From NCBI GenBank assembly GCA_052326305.1, contig JBKQPJ010000017.1, positions 6,475 to 70,474 of the forward strand: DNA of 64,000 nucleotides, written 5' to 3'. The notes under the pieces are model-generated. The model ran no database searches. It was not told where the DNA came from and saw only the letters and a program-made list of their open reading frames with translations. Source of the stretch: Thermoplasmata archaeon. Lineage in GTDB: Archaea > Thermoplasmatota > Thermoplasmata > Lutacidiplasmatales > UBA184. Positions 37,872 to 47,138 of this stretch are shown here, piece by piece; positions within the stretch are counted from its first letter, which is position 1, and every line of letters starts with the position of its first letter. The position numbers and the translations under genes are program-made.

Positions 37872-39470
37872 TCATCCCTTGTATTTTTCAACTGCTCCCG
37901 TACCGGGGACCGTCGGAGGCGGCTCCGGGGCGTCGAGGATCCCCCAATCGACGACCCCGGCGGTCTCGAGCAGACGGGCGAGCGCGGCGTGGTACCCATC
38001 GGCCGGGGCGCGCAAGAGCGCGCGCGCTTGCGGCTCGAGGGATTGACCGAACTCCCGTTCGGTCGGAGAGAACTGCCAGGCGTGGGCGCTTCCGCGGCCG
38101 AGCGCGAGGAGGAGCCCGTAGGCGAGCCCCCGCTCCTTGCCCTCCCGGGGAAGCGACTGGAGGATCGCCCGCTCCGCCCCGGCGTCGCCCCGGGTGCGGT
38201 GCTCCCGGGCGATCCGGTCGACCCACCCGGCCTCCCGGGCGAGGCGCTGGTAGCGGGGAAGGGCCTCGAGCACCTCGCGCTCCTCGTTCCGGCGCTGCGC
38301 CCGCTTCAGGATCTCGGCGACCCGGCCCGGAGCGTTCCGCGCTTCCTCGACCAGGCGGCGGGCCTCCTCCGGATCCGGGACGATCGCGCCGACGATCTCC
38401 TCGGCGTGCTCGGTCCAGAGCCGCTCGAGCGCCCGGCTCGCCGAGGGCTCGTCGACCTCGAAGTACCCCCGCTCGCCGGCGAGGACCTCCTCGAGCGCGC
38501 GCCGCTCGACCGGGGTCGCTCCGAGGGCGTCCAGGAACTCGGACCGTCGGTTCCCATAGCAGATGCCGCCGGCCACGAACGTCGGTCGGTCCGCCCGCTC
38601 GATCCGCGGCTTGAGCTCGGCGACGTACTCGTCGAGGAGCTGGCCGTCCGAGAGCCGTCCGAGCTCGTAGCGCTTCAGCAGGCTGCGGGGAAGGTCGGGC
38701 AGCCGGGCGTGGACGCACTCCTCGCCGCCCTGGCAACGGACGTTGAGGAACGCCGAGACGACGAACTCGCTCGAAGGGTCCGGCACGATCGCGCCGTCCG
38801 AGAGGCTCGACAGGAGATGCCGGTCCGCCTTCGCGCAGCGACGGCAGACCCGGAACGACCGTTCCGCCCCCGGCCATCCGACCTCGAGGAACGGCCGGGC
38901 CTCGCCGGCCGCGAGGTGCGAGCAGTCGAGCCGGTGGTGGGTGGGGTCCTCGATCAGCCGGTACGGGAGCTCGCCGACCCGCTCGGAGAGGAAGTCGGGC
39001 GGAGGCCGCGGCGAGCGGCCGGTGCACCAGAGCGTGCGCCGCGTGGCAAAGAAATGGAAGCCTTTGCGGGCCCAGTCGACGTAGCCGAGCAGCAGGCGGG
39101 TCGGGTCGTCCGACTGCTGGACCGCGACCTCCGCCTCGCGCGTGGTGCGGGCCAGGGCGACGTACGAGACCTCTCCGTCCGGGACCGAGAAGCTGACGAC
39201 CACGGGGGTCGTCGGTTCGAGCGCGAACTTGAGGAGCCCGGCGTACGCCCGGGCGATCGGGTCCCCGTGCCGCGAGAACCGCTCGATGCGGCGCTCGTCG
39301 TCGGCCGCGGCGCGGACCTCCTCGAGCTCCTCGCGCAACCGGTCGAACCGCTCCGTGGGGCAGTCCGGGGTCAGTCGGGGCAAGAGGCCATCGACCCGCT
39401 CCGAGAGCGACTTCGCGCGGGCGACGAGATCCTGTTCCCGTACTCCCGAGCCCCGACGGATTCTCGCCAC
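37872..39470 (-). CDS. hypothetical 532-aa protein with Cys pairs (possible zinc ribbon)
   Basis: Long, compositionally complex ORF with CRRC and CQGGEEC motifs and no P-loop. Directly upstream of the receiver gene. Confidence 0.5.
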   Translation of the reverse strand: MARIRRGSGVREQDLVARAKSLSERVDGLLPRLTPDCPTERFDRLREELEEVRAAADDERRIERFSRHGDPIARAYAGLLKFALEPTTPVVVSFSVPDGEVSYVALARTTREAEVAVQQSDDPTRLLLGYVDWARKGFHFFATRRTLWCTGRSPRPPPDFLSERVGELPYRLIEDPTHHRLDCSHLAAGEARPFLEVGWPGAERSFRVCRRCAKADRHLLSSLSDGAIVPDPSSEFVVSAFLNVRCQGGEECVHARLPDLPRSLLKRYELGRLSDGQLLDEYVAELKPRIERADRPTFVAGGICYGNRRSEFLDALGATPVERRALEEVLAGERGYFEVDEPSASRALERLWTEHAEEIVGAIVPDPEEARRLVEEARNAPGRVAEILKRAQRRNEEREVLEALPRYQRLAREAGWVDRIAREHRTRGDAGAERAILQSLPREGKERGLAYGLLLALGRGSAHAWQFSPTEREFGQSLEPQARALLRAPADGYHAALARLLETAGVVDWGILDAPEPPPTVPGTGAVEKYKG

Positions 39471-39531
39471 GGTCCCTTGCGTCGCGCAGAGGCGACGGGT
39501 ACATATTCCGATGGGGGGGCCGGCGCGGCCG

Positions 39532-40095
39532 TCACCGACGGCAGACGTCGAGGAAATGGCGGAAGATCTCCCGCCCGCCCTCGGTGTGCTCGACCTCGGG
39601 GTGGAACTGCACGCTCCAGATCGGCCGGACGGGGTGCGCCATCGCCTCCACCGGGCAGGATGCCGAGTGGGCGAGCACCGGCCACCCCGGCGGCGGCGTC
39701 ACGACCTGGTCGTTGTGGCTCGCCCAGACCTTGAACCGGTGCGGCAGCCCGGCGAACATCGGGTGGTCGGGGCGGTCCACGGTGAGGTCGACCGAGCCGA
39801 ACTCGGGTCCCCCCCGCGCGACGGTCCCGCCGAATCGGCGGCCGACGAACTGGTGGCCGACGCAGATCGCGAGCACCGGGACCGGGACCGAATCGATCCA
39901 GTCGTCCACCCGTCCGAGCGGGGCCGCGGAGCCCTCGAGGCTGAGGGCCCCGCCCGACAGCACGATCCCGTCGGCGTCGAGCTCGGCAAGGGGGGTGGTG
40001 TTCGCGACGATCCGGCTCTCCGCGCCGAGGTCCCGCAGCACCCGCCACTCGCGGTGGGTCCACTGGCCCCCGTTGTCGATCACCGGGATCTTCAC
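39532..40095 (-). CDS. guaAA: GMP synthase subunit A (class-I glutamine amidotransferase)
   Basis: GATase triad context LAICVGHQ ... HPE. Confidence 0.8.
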   Translation of the reverse strand: MKIPVIDNGGQWTHREWRVLRDLGAESRIVANTTPLAELDADGIVLSGGALSLEGSAAPLGRVDDWIDSVPVPVLAICVGHQFVGRRFGGTVARGGPEFGSVDLTVDRPDHPMFAGLPHRFKVWASHNDQVVTPPPGWPVLAHSASCPVEAMAHPVRPIWSVQFHPEVEHTEGGREIFRHFLDVCRR

Positions 40096-40460
40096 GACCG
40101 CTCCGGGGGACGACGCGGAGGCGGCGGGGGATCCCGAGCGTCGGGTCGGACGGCGCGGCGGATCTCCTCGACCGCCGAGCGCATATCCCGGACCTCGGAG
40201 CGCATCCGGAGCATCTCCTGCTCGTACGGCGTGAACCCGAGCGGCGTCAGCAGCCGGTGGGAGATGTAGAGGCCGATGAAGATCGCGCCGACCACGGCGA
40301 GCAGCGTGGTGAAGACGAGCGCGGTCACCAGGGCGATCGGGTCCCCTAGGGCGAGTTGGATCGGCAGGGTGAACAGGTGGGTCAGCTCGGCGACCTCGAC
40401 CCCGAGGAGGATCACGATCAGCCCTCCCCAGACGGCAAAGATCGTCCAGGACCGCCTCAC
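40092..40460 (-). CDS. hypothetical membrane protein
   Basis: Three hydrophobic helices. A GTG start is inferred to avoid overlap with the upstream gene. Confidence 0.4.
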   Translation of the reverse strand: MRRSWTIFAVWGGLIVILLGVEVAELTHLFTLPIQLALGDPIALVTALVFTTLLAVVGAIFIGLYISHRLLTPLGFTPYEQEMLRMRSEVRDMRSAVEEIRRAVRPDARDPPPPPRRPPERS

Positions 40461-41026
40461 GGCGGGCTCCCGGAGCCCCAGTCCTGGAGCAGCAGTACGA
40501 GCGGCAGGCTGCCGATCGATAGGGGGGAGGACGGCGGCGTGGCCCCGTAGCACGCCGCGCTCGACAGGTACCCGCCCGAGGTGTCGAAGGCGAGCTCGGC
40601 GGAGTAGTTCGCCGTCGAGCCGCCCTCGATGTACGTGGCCGTGGCGACGATCGCCACCGGGTTCTGTTCGGTCTCCGCGCTCACCTCGAGGACGTTCTTC
40701 TGGTCCACCGGGGCGCCGAAGGTGAGCCCCGAGCCGGGACAGACGCCGCTCCAGGCGAAGTTCGAGGCGAGCATGATCGAGATCTCGGCGTACCGCACGG
40801 TCGGCCCGACGGCATGCACGTAGAAGGTCGTGTTGTTGCTGCTCGGGAGCTGGTCGACGATCAGCTCCGCCTGCGTTTCGAACGAGCCGGCGGCGGGAGG
40901 GCCGGAGGCGAACAGGATCGGAGTGAACACGATCAGCACCAGCAGGATCGCGGTCGCCCCGACGAGCGGGATCGGGAACAGCTCCCCGCGGGGGGTGGGA
41001 AGCGGGGGCGGAGGGGCCGCGCTCAC
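40457..41026 (-). CDS. hypothetical N-terminally anchored extracellular protein
   Basis: GTG start overlapping the ubiX stop. Pro-rich segment then a TM helix, a Ser/Thr-rich ectodomain and N-x-S/T sequons. Confidence 0.45.
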   Translation of the reverse strand: MSAAPPPPLPTPRGELFPIPLVGATAILLVLIVFTPILFASGPPAAGSFETQAELIVDQLPSSNNTTFYVHAVGPTVRYAEISIMLASNFAWSGVCPGSGLTFGAPVDQKNVLEVSAETEQNPVAIVATATYIEGGSTANYSAELAFDTSGGYLSSAACYGATPPSSPLSIGSLPLVLLLQDWGSGSPP

Positions 41027-41598
41027 CGCTTCTCGGACCCCCAGGGCCGGTAGAGCCGGTGGCGGAGGCCGAACCGGTCGAGGACCTTGCCGACGAGGTA
41101 GTCGGTGACGTCGTCGATCGACCGGGGGTGGAGGTAGTACGCCGGGGCGGCGGCGAGGACGACGACGCCGAGCTCGCTGAGGGTCGTCAGGTGGCGGAGC
41201 ATCAGCGTCGGGAGCGGCGTTTCCCGCGGCACGACCACGAGGGGGCGCCGCTCCTTCAAGTGGACGTGCGCGGCCCGCGAGATCAGGGTGTCCCCGAGCC
41301 CGAGGGCGATCCGGGCGACGGTGTTGGAGGAGCACGGGACGACGACCATCCCGCGGGTCGGCTGGGTGCCGCTCGCGATCGGGGCCGCGAGCTCGTCGTC
41401 CGGGTAGACATGGCGGGCGAGCTTCGCGAGCTCCCCCTCGTCGATCCCCGCCTCTTCCTTCAGGACCTTCCGACCCCCGGCCGAGACGACGAGCGCGACG
41501 GGCACCCGGGCCCCGTGGAGCCACTCGAGCAGGCGGACCGCGATCGGGGCGCCGCTCGCGCCCGAGACCGCCACGACGATCGGAGGAGTTTCTGCCAT
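41023..41598 (-). CDS. ubiX: flavin prenyltransferase UbiX
   Basis: Flavoprotein fold with VAVSGASGA and a UbiX/Pad1 pattern. Confidence 0.9.
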   Translation of the reverse strand: MAETPPIVVAVSGASGAPIAVRLLEWLHGARVPVALVVSAGGRKVLKEEAGIDEGELAKLARHVYPDDELAAPIASGTQPTRGMVVVPCSSNTVARIALGLGDTLISRAAHVHLKERRPLVVVPRETPLPTLMLRHLTTLSELGVVVLAAAPAYYLHPRSIDDVTDYLVGKVLDRFGLRHRLYRPWGSEKR

Positions 41599-41661
41599 TT
41601 TGGTCCCCCGGGCTTAAGGGCTCGAACGACTCGACCGTTATGACGATTCGCGGGGCGAGCG

Positions 41662-42828
41662 GTGGGAGGGCATCGGGCGGCCGTCATCGGCGCGGGGCAT
41701 ACCCGGTTCGGCCCGCTCCCCGACGGTCCCCGGGCGCTCCTCCGTTCGGCCATCGAGCGGGCCGTGGAGAGCGTGGACCGCGGTCTCGAGACGACGTCGA
41801 TCGGGGCGGCCTACCTCGCCACCCTCGGGTTCGGCGGCTGGCAGATCGGGAACGCCTCCGCGCTCCTGGCCGAGGAGGCCGGCCTCCCGGGGATCCCCTC
41901 GGTGCGGGTCGAGAACGCCTGCGCCTCGGGCGGCTTCGCCCTGCACGCCGCCGTCCATGCCGTCGCCTCCGGGGCAGTGGAGCTCGCGCTCGTCGTGGGC
42001 CTCGAGAAGATGACGGACGTCTCGAACGCGAGACGCCGGTACTGGCTGGGGGTCTCGGGGGAGACCGAGTGGGAGCGCCAGGCCGGTCTGACGTTCGCCG
42101 GGGTCTACGGCCTGATCGCCTCCCGGTACCTCGCCCTCCACGCCGTCGGGCCGGAGGCGCTCGCCGAGGTCGCCGTCAAGAACCACGCGAACGGCGCGCG
42201 CAACCCGAACGCGCACTTCCAGAAGGAGATCACGCGGGAGGCGGCCCTCGCGTCCCCGCGGGTCGCCGACCCGCTCGGCCTCTACGACTGCTGTCCCGTG
42301 AGCGACGGGGCGGCGGCGGTCCTGCTGGCCGCTCCCGAGGTGGCGCGCCGGTACACCGACACCCCGGTGTACGTCGACGGGGTGGGGGCGGCCTCCGACT
42401 TCCTCGCCGTTCAGGAACGGCCCGAACCGACGCGCTTCGAAGCGACGCGCCGCGCCGGGGAGGCGGCCCTCCGGACCGCCGGCTGCGAGCGAAAGGAGCT
42501 CTCGTTCCTCGAACTTCACGACTGCTTCACGATCGCCGAGCTGCTGGCGCTCGAGGACCTCGGGTTCGCCGAGCGGGGGAGCGCCGGGGCGCTGACGCTC
42601 TCGGGCGCGACCCGGCGGGACGGTCCGCTCCCGGTGAACCCGGACGGAGGGCTGAAGGCGAAGGGCCATCCGATCGGCGCCACGGGAGTGTCGCAGGCGT
42701 ACGAGGTGTTCGTTCAGCTCCGCGGCCAGGCCGGCGCCCGCCAGGTCTCCCGACGGGATCGCGCGCTGACGCACAACGTCGGAGGAGCGGGGGCGACGGC
42801 CGCGGTCACCGTCTTCTCCGCGGGGTGA
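41662..42828 (+). CDS. archaeal-type thiolase (acetyl-CoA C-acetyltransferase)
   Basis: Catalytic Cys in VENACASGG and C-terminal GHPIGATG, NVGGAG motifs. Confidence 0.9.
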   Translation: MGGHRAAVIGAGHTRFGPLPDGPRALLRSAIERAVESVDRGLETTSIGAAYLATLGFGGWQIGNASALLAEEAGLPGIPSVRVENACASGGFALHAAVHAVASGAVELALVVGLEKMTDVSNARRRYWLGVSGETEWERQAGLTFAGVYGLIASRYLALHAVGPEALAEVAVKNHANGARNPNAHFQKEITREAALASPRVADPLGLYDCCPVSDGAAAVLLAAPEVARRYTDTPVYVDGVGAASDFLAVQERPEPTRFEATRRAGEAALRTAGCERKELSFLELHDCFTIAELLALEDLGFAERGSAGALTLSGATRRDGPLPVNPDGGLKAKGHPIGATGVSQAYEVFVQLRGQAGARQVSRRDRALTHNVGGAGATAAVTVFSAG

Positions 42829-42832
42829 ACCC

Positions 42833-43876
42833 GTGAACGGGATCGTTCGGGCGGGGGCGTACGCTCCGGCCTGGGGCTCGGGCGGGCGTCGCGTCCCCGG
42901 CCCCGACGAGGACGCCTTCACCCTCGCGGCGACCGCCGTCGAACGGGCGGTCGGTCCTTCGATCCTCCCCTCTTCGCCCGTGACGGTGGACGTCATCGGC
43001 GAGGCGGGCGAGGCGGCGTCGTGGGGTTTCGGCCCGCTCCTCGGGGTAGAGGCGCGGGTCCGCTCCCACCCCGGGGGCCCGGCGGCCCTCGGGAGCGCGC
43101 TCTCCTCCGCCCGAGCTGGCCCGGGTTCAGGGCTAGTCGTGGCCGTGGACCTGGGGAGCAGTGGAGGGCCCGATCACGACTCTCGCGGGGCCGGCGCGGT
43201 CGCGTTCTTCCTCGCGGCCGAGGCGCGGGAGGACGCCGAGTTCGGGTCGCCGCCGGCACCGCTCGGTCCTTCCGAGACGGCCGTCGACCTCGCGAGACGG
43301 TGGTTCCGTGACCGATCGGAGGCGGCCCGAGCCTCCTGGATCGGGGACTGGCGGCCGAACCACCGGCCGCTCCGGCCCTCTCCGCTCGTCCCGGGGGCGG
43401 CGCCGGCTCCTCCGAGCCCCGCGGTCTCCGAGGGAGCCTACCTGCCGCGACCGCGATATGTGGAGGGGCTGCCGAGCCGGTGGAGGTTCGCGGCCGAGCG
43501 CTGTGGGACCTGTGGCCGTATCGGCTTCCCGGTCCGTCGCCGGTGCCGGGGGTGCGGAAGAGCCGATTCGCTGGAGCTCCTCCACCTGCCGCGGGACGGC
43601 GGGAAGGTCGTCGCGCTGACCTGGATCGGGCGGGGGGGCCAGCCGACCGAGTTCGACCCTCAGGTCGAGGCGACAGGACCGTACGGGGTCGTCCTGGTCG
43701 AGCTCGCCGAGGGGATCCGCGCCACGCTGCAGTTGACCGACTGCGACCCAGGGGAAGTTCGGATCGGGGACCCGGTAGGGAGCCGCCTTCGCAGGATCTA
43801 CGCGCTCGAAGGGGAGTGGCGGTACGGGCGCAAGGCGGTCCCGATGCGGGAGACGGCCCCCCCTCCCGTGGCGTGA
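42833..43876 (+). CDS. fusion protein: degenerate HMG-CoA-synthase N-half-like domain + DUF35 (Zn-ribbon/OB-fold thiolase-HMGCS scaffold)
   Basis: N-terminal approximately 200 aa align with the HMGCS N-half (GIVRAGAYAP; PDEDAFTLAATAVERA; GAGAVAFFLAA) but contain no cysteine. The C-terminus has CGTCGRIGFPVRRRCRGCGR and an OB-fold typical of DUF35. Confidence 0.7.
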   Translation: MNGIVRAGAYAPAWGSGGRRVPGPDEDAFTLAATAVERAVGPSILPSSPVTVDVIGEAGEAASWGFGPLLGVEARVRSHPGGPAALGSALSSARAGPGSGLVVAVDLGSSGGPDHDSRGAGAVAFFLAAEAREDAEFGSPPAPLGPSETAVDLARRWFRDRSEAARASWIGDWRPNHRPLRPSPLVPGAAPAPPSPAVSEGAYLPRPRYVEGLPSRWRFAAERCGTCGRIGFPVRRRCRGCGRADSLELLHLPRDGGKVVALTWIGRGGQPTEFDPQVEATGPYGVVLVELAEGIRATLQLTDCDPGEVRIGDPVGSRLRRIYALEGEWRYGRKAVPMRETAPPPVA

Positions 43877-43890
43877 ACCGCCGATCCCTT

Positions 43891-44109
43891 CTAGCCGAAG
43901 CCGGGGAGGCTCTGACGGGAGTCCCGGGCCTCTTTCCGTTCGTACGGCTCGGCCGCGATGCCGAGGTGCGTCGCGAGCGTACGGAAGGTCGTCGCCAGCT
44001 GGTTGACCGCCCGGACGAGCTCCTGCTGTTCGGCGCGGAGCTCCGCGAGCTCTTGGCGGAGCATTCGCAGTTCGGCCTCCCAGTGTTCCTCGGTCGACGA
44101 CGCGGTCAC
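43891..44109 (-). CDS. hypothetical small coiled-coil protein
   Basis: 72-aa helical R/E/L-rich ORF. Confidence 0.3.
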   Translation of the reverse strand: MTASSTEEHWEAELRMLRQELAELRAEQQELVRAVNQLATTFRTLATHLGIAAEPYERKEARDSRQSLPGFG

Positions 44110-44168
44110 TTGATCTCCCGAGGGCCAGAAGGCGAAGATGCCTGATTAGCTTCCCGGCGGTCGGAGGG

Positions 44169-44678
44169 CTAGGTCGGAGGCCCGGTCGGGGGGTCCTTCT
44201 CCACGAACGGCGTCCAGTCCTGCTTCTCGGCCGAGAAGTCGATCCGACGCAGGTCGAGGACGAACTCCTTCAGGAGGTTCGAGGGACCGGGGCGAAGCGC
44301 GATCGTGTAGACGTAGACCCCGAAGCCCATGAAATCGAGCACCCGACGCAGGACCTCCGGGAGGTCCTCACGGGGTACGATGACGCGGATCGACGTCTCC
44401 CCCAACATGCTCGAGAACTGGTCGATGTCGAACCCGCGGTCGAGCGTGATGAGGGGGTCTCCGCCGGGGGGGGCGGAGGCACCCCGCAACGGCGGGCTCG
44501 CCCGAGAGTCGATGACGATGGGAGGGGGCGGAGGCAGGCTCTGGACCCGGGGGGGGTAGCGCTCGAGCACCGGCGACGGGTCGCGGCCCACGAACCGGGG
44601 CGCGGGAGCGCGGGCGACGGGGGCCCGGGGCTTGGGGCGTCGCTTCGCTTTCCGGGCCGGTGCGGGACGTCGGGGCAT
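44169..44678 (-). CDS. hypothetical protein with basic N-terminal tail and poly-Pro linker
   Basis: N-terminus KAKRRPKPRAP, a PPPPP run, then a compact C-terminal alpha/beta-looking domain. Confidence 0.45.
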   Translation of the reverse strand: MPRRPAPARKAKRRPKPRAPVARAPAPRFVGRDPSPVLERYPPRVQSLPPPPPIVIDSRASPPLRGASAPPGGDPLITLDRGFDIDQFSSMLGETSIRVIVPREDLPEVLRRVLDFMGFGVYVYTIALRPGPSNLLKEFVLDLRRIDFSAEKQDWTPFVEKDPPTGPPT

Positions 44679-44931
44679 CGATCGGAGGACCGAGGCGAGG
44701 ACCGCGCATAAGGTATTGGAGGGAGACGGGGAGGGCGCGGGCAGGTCCGAGCTCGAGGGGCTCTCGGAACGGCCGTCGAGGGCAAGTTGTAGCGAGTGCC
44801 ACCGTGCGAGCCCACCTCACGGGAAGCTCGTTTTGTCGCCTTCCCGACGACAGATGGGTTATGTAGCATGGGATTGCTGGCTCAGCAAGCCCGACTCGAA
44901 GGAGGAGGGCGGAACGGAGAGGAAACGACCA

Positions 44932-46641
44932 ATGCCGGCGCGAGTGATGAAGGAGTTCCAGGCCCCCCGGGGCCTTCCGCGGAAGACGGCGTCCGTCTGC
45001 CCTGAGTGCATCAAGGTGATTCCGGCGATCGTCCGGGAGAAGGACGGCCGCGTGATCATGGAAAAGACGTGCCGCGCGCACGGCTATTTCTGGGACATCA
45101 TCTCTAACGACGTCGACTTCTACCTCCGGATGGAGGTCTACGCGCACGACGGCGTCGGCTACGAGAACCCGTACTACGAGAAGTTCATCGGCTGCCCGAC
45201 GACCTGCGGAATGTGCAGCCACCACAAGTCCCACACGGGACTGGCGTTGGTGGACCTGACGAACCGCTGCAACCTGAAGTGCCCGGTCTGCTTCGCGAAC
45301 GCCAACGCCGCCGGCTACGTCTTCGAGCCGACCCGCGAGCAGATCCACTTCATGCTGAAGACGCTCCGGGAGCAGAAGCCGGTGGGCACGGTCGCCGTCC
45401 AGTTCTCGGGCGGGGAGCCGACGCTGTCGCCGCTGTTCCTCGACGCCGTGTCGATGGCCCGGGACCTGGCGTTCAAGCAGATCCAGGTCGCCACGAACGG
45501 GATCCGCGTCGCGAACGAGCCCGGCTTCGCCCAGGCGTGCCGGAACGCGGGCCTCCACACTCTGTACCTGCAGTTTGACGGGCTGGACGACGAGATCTAC
45601 CGGAAGGTCCGAGGGGTCCCGCTGTTCAAGGTGAAGCAGAAGGCGATCCAGGCCGCGCGGGAGACCCACTCCTCCCCCGCCGAGCTCGCCGCGGGCAAGC
45701 CCGACAAGCCGATCTCCGTGGTGCTCGTCCCGACCCTCGTCGGCGGGTTCAACGAGAAGGAGATCTGGCCGACCGTGAAGTTCGCGATCGACAACATCGA
45801 CGTCGTCCGCGGCGTCAACTTCCAGCCGGTCGCCCTGACCGCCCGGATCCCCGACAAGGACCGCTTCCAGATGCGGTTCACTCAGTCCGACCTGGTCCGC
45901 ATCCTCTGCACCGAGGGACCGTTCGAGAAGTCCGACTTCTTCCCCGTCCCATCGGTCGCCCCGATCTCGGAGCTCGTCTCGATCATCCACGGCGAGGAGA
46001 AGATGACCCTGACGACGCACCCGGGCTGCGGCTGCGCCACGTTCGCCTTCGTCTCGGAGGACGGCCAGAAGATCACTCCCCTGCCGCGGTTCATGGACGT
46101 CGACGGCTTCTTCGAGAACGTCGAGTCGATGATCGAGAAGTACCGGGACGCGCGGTTCTCGCGGGTCCGCACGGCGGTGGCCGGGGCCCGGCTGCTCCAC
46201 GACGTGTCGAAGTACTTCGACTTCTCGAAGGCCCCGGAGGGCCTGAACGAGAAGAACTGCGTCAAGGTGATCGCCGGGATCTTCACCGAGGGCAACAAGG
46301 AGGCGCTCGCGCAGTTCACCTGGCGGACGATGTACATCGGCAACATGCACTTCCAGGACGCCTACGACTACGATATCCAGCGCCTGATGCGCTGCGACAT
46401 CCACTACGCGGTGCCGGACGGGCGCGTCATCCCGTTCTGCTCGTACAACTCGGGCCCGATCTACCGGACGGAGGTCGAGCAGAAGTTCTCGATCCCGATC
46501 AAGGACTGGCAGCGGGCGAAGCAGCAGGCCGGCGTTCCGCTGAAGACGCTCGAGACGATGGGCGTCAACGGCGAAGTGATCGTCGACCCCGAGTACTACA
46601 AGATCCGGGCGCTCAAGGGCGCCCCGGGGATGTCGGCGTAG
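44932..46641 (+). CDS. tes: radical SAM protein, tetraether lipid synthase (Tes/GDGT-MAS)-like
   Basis: N-terminal CPEC...C..H rubredoxin-like site, a second Cys cluster CPTTCGMCSHH, the radical SAM CNLKCPVCF motif and a C-terminal HPGCGC. GGAGGAGGG RBS before the ATG at 44932. Confidence 0.7.
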   Translation: MPARVMKEFQAPRGLPRKTASVCPECIKVIPAIVREKDGRVIMEKTCRAHGYFWDIISNDVDFYLRMEVYAHDGVGYENPYYEKFIGCPTTCGMCSHHKSHTGLALVDLTNRCNLKCPVCFANANAAGYVFEPTREQIHFMLKTLREQKPVGTVAVQFSGGEPTLSPLFLDAVSMARDLAFKQIQVATNGIRVANEPGFAQACRNAGLHTLYLQFDGLDDEIYRKVRGVPLFKVKQKAIQAARETHSSPAELAAGKPDKPISVVLVPTLVGGFNEKEIWPTVKFAIDNIDVVRGVNFQPVALTARIPDKDRFQMRFTQSDLVRILCTEGPFEKSDFFPVPSVAPISELVSIIHGEEKMTLTTHPGCGCATFAFVSEDGQKITPLPRFMDVDGFFENVESMIEKYRDARFSRVRTAVAGARLLHDVSKYFDFSKAPEGLNEKNCVKVIAGIFTEGNKEALAQFTWRTMYIGNMHFQDAYDYDIQRLMRCDIHYAVPDGRVIPFCSYNSGPIYRTEVEQKFSIPIKDWQRAKQQAGVPLKTLETMGVNGEVIVDPEYYKIRALKGAPGMSA

Positions 46642-46665
46642 GGAGACCGTTCCCGCCGCGCCCAA

Positions 46666-46690
46666 CCCTTTCTTCTTCTTCCTTTACCGC
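46666..46690. terminator. pyrimidine/T-rich tract (CCCTTTCTTCTTCTTCCTTTACC) between the convergent tes-like and SWIM genes
   Basis: The only T-rich run in the region, immediately after the tes stop. This is the archaeal oligo-T terminator type. Confidence 0.4.
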
Positions 46691-46703
46691 CGGGCGGGTG
46701 TGC

Positions 46704-47138
46704 CTACTCGAACAGGGCGGCTCCCGGGCGGGAGAGCTCCCGTCCGGTGACGCGGGACGCCGCCGGGAGGTCCTTGGTCCGCCGGTCGATCTCGGGCCAG
46801 ACGGTCGGGGGCCGGGGCGGCGCTTGGGTCGAGGTCGGTGGGCCCGCGTCCGCGTGGACCGTCAGCCAGCGGATCCCGGCCTCGATGTGCTTGCAGGTCC
46901 CCAGGTCGCGGCGGGCGAAGTCCGTGCAGGTGCACAGCGCCGGGATCGGGGAAGGGAATTCGGGGAACATGACGAGGTAGGCGGTGCGGTGGATCGGGTT
47001 ACGGACCTCGAGCAGCGCGTAGGGGTCCCGGGCCTTCACGCGGACGTCCAGCGGCTCCTCGAGCGCCCGGGCCCTCCGTTCCGCCCTCGCCTCGGCGGGT
47101 ACCCGGTCAGCGCCCGGAACGCGGAGGGGTCGCCGCAC
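46704..47138 (-). CDS. SWIM zinc-finger domain protein
   Basis: CTCTDF-x8-CKH matches the SWIM CxCxnCxH signature. Confidence 0.5.
   Translation of the reverse strand: MRRPLRVPGADRVPAEARAERRARALEEPLDVRVKARDPYALLEVRNPIHRTAYLVMFPEFPSPIPALCTCTDFARRDLGTCKHIEAGIRWLTVHADAGPPTSTQAPPRPPTVWPEIDRRTKDLPAASRVTGRELSRPGAALFE

Noticed and set aside
37470-39734. 754-aa plus-strand ORF antisense to the receiver and 532-aa genes
   Set aside because: R/G/A/P-rich low-complexity translation that fully overlaps the better-supported minus-strand genes; shadow ORF. The alternative minus-frame ORF 37888..39504 was rejected for the same reason.
40629-40823. 64-aa plus-strand ORF with the only low-GC codon usage nearby
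   Set aside because: Lies antisense inside the secreted-protein gene and has no start context; treated as noise.
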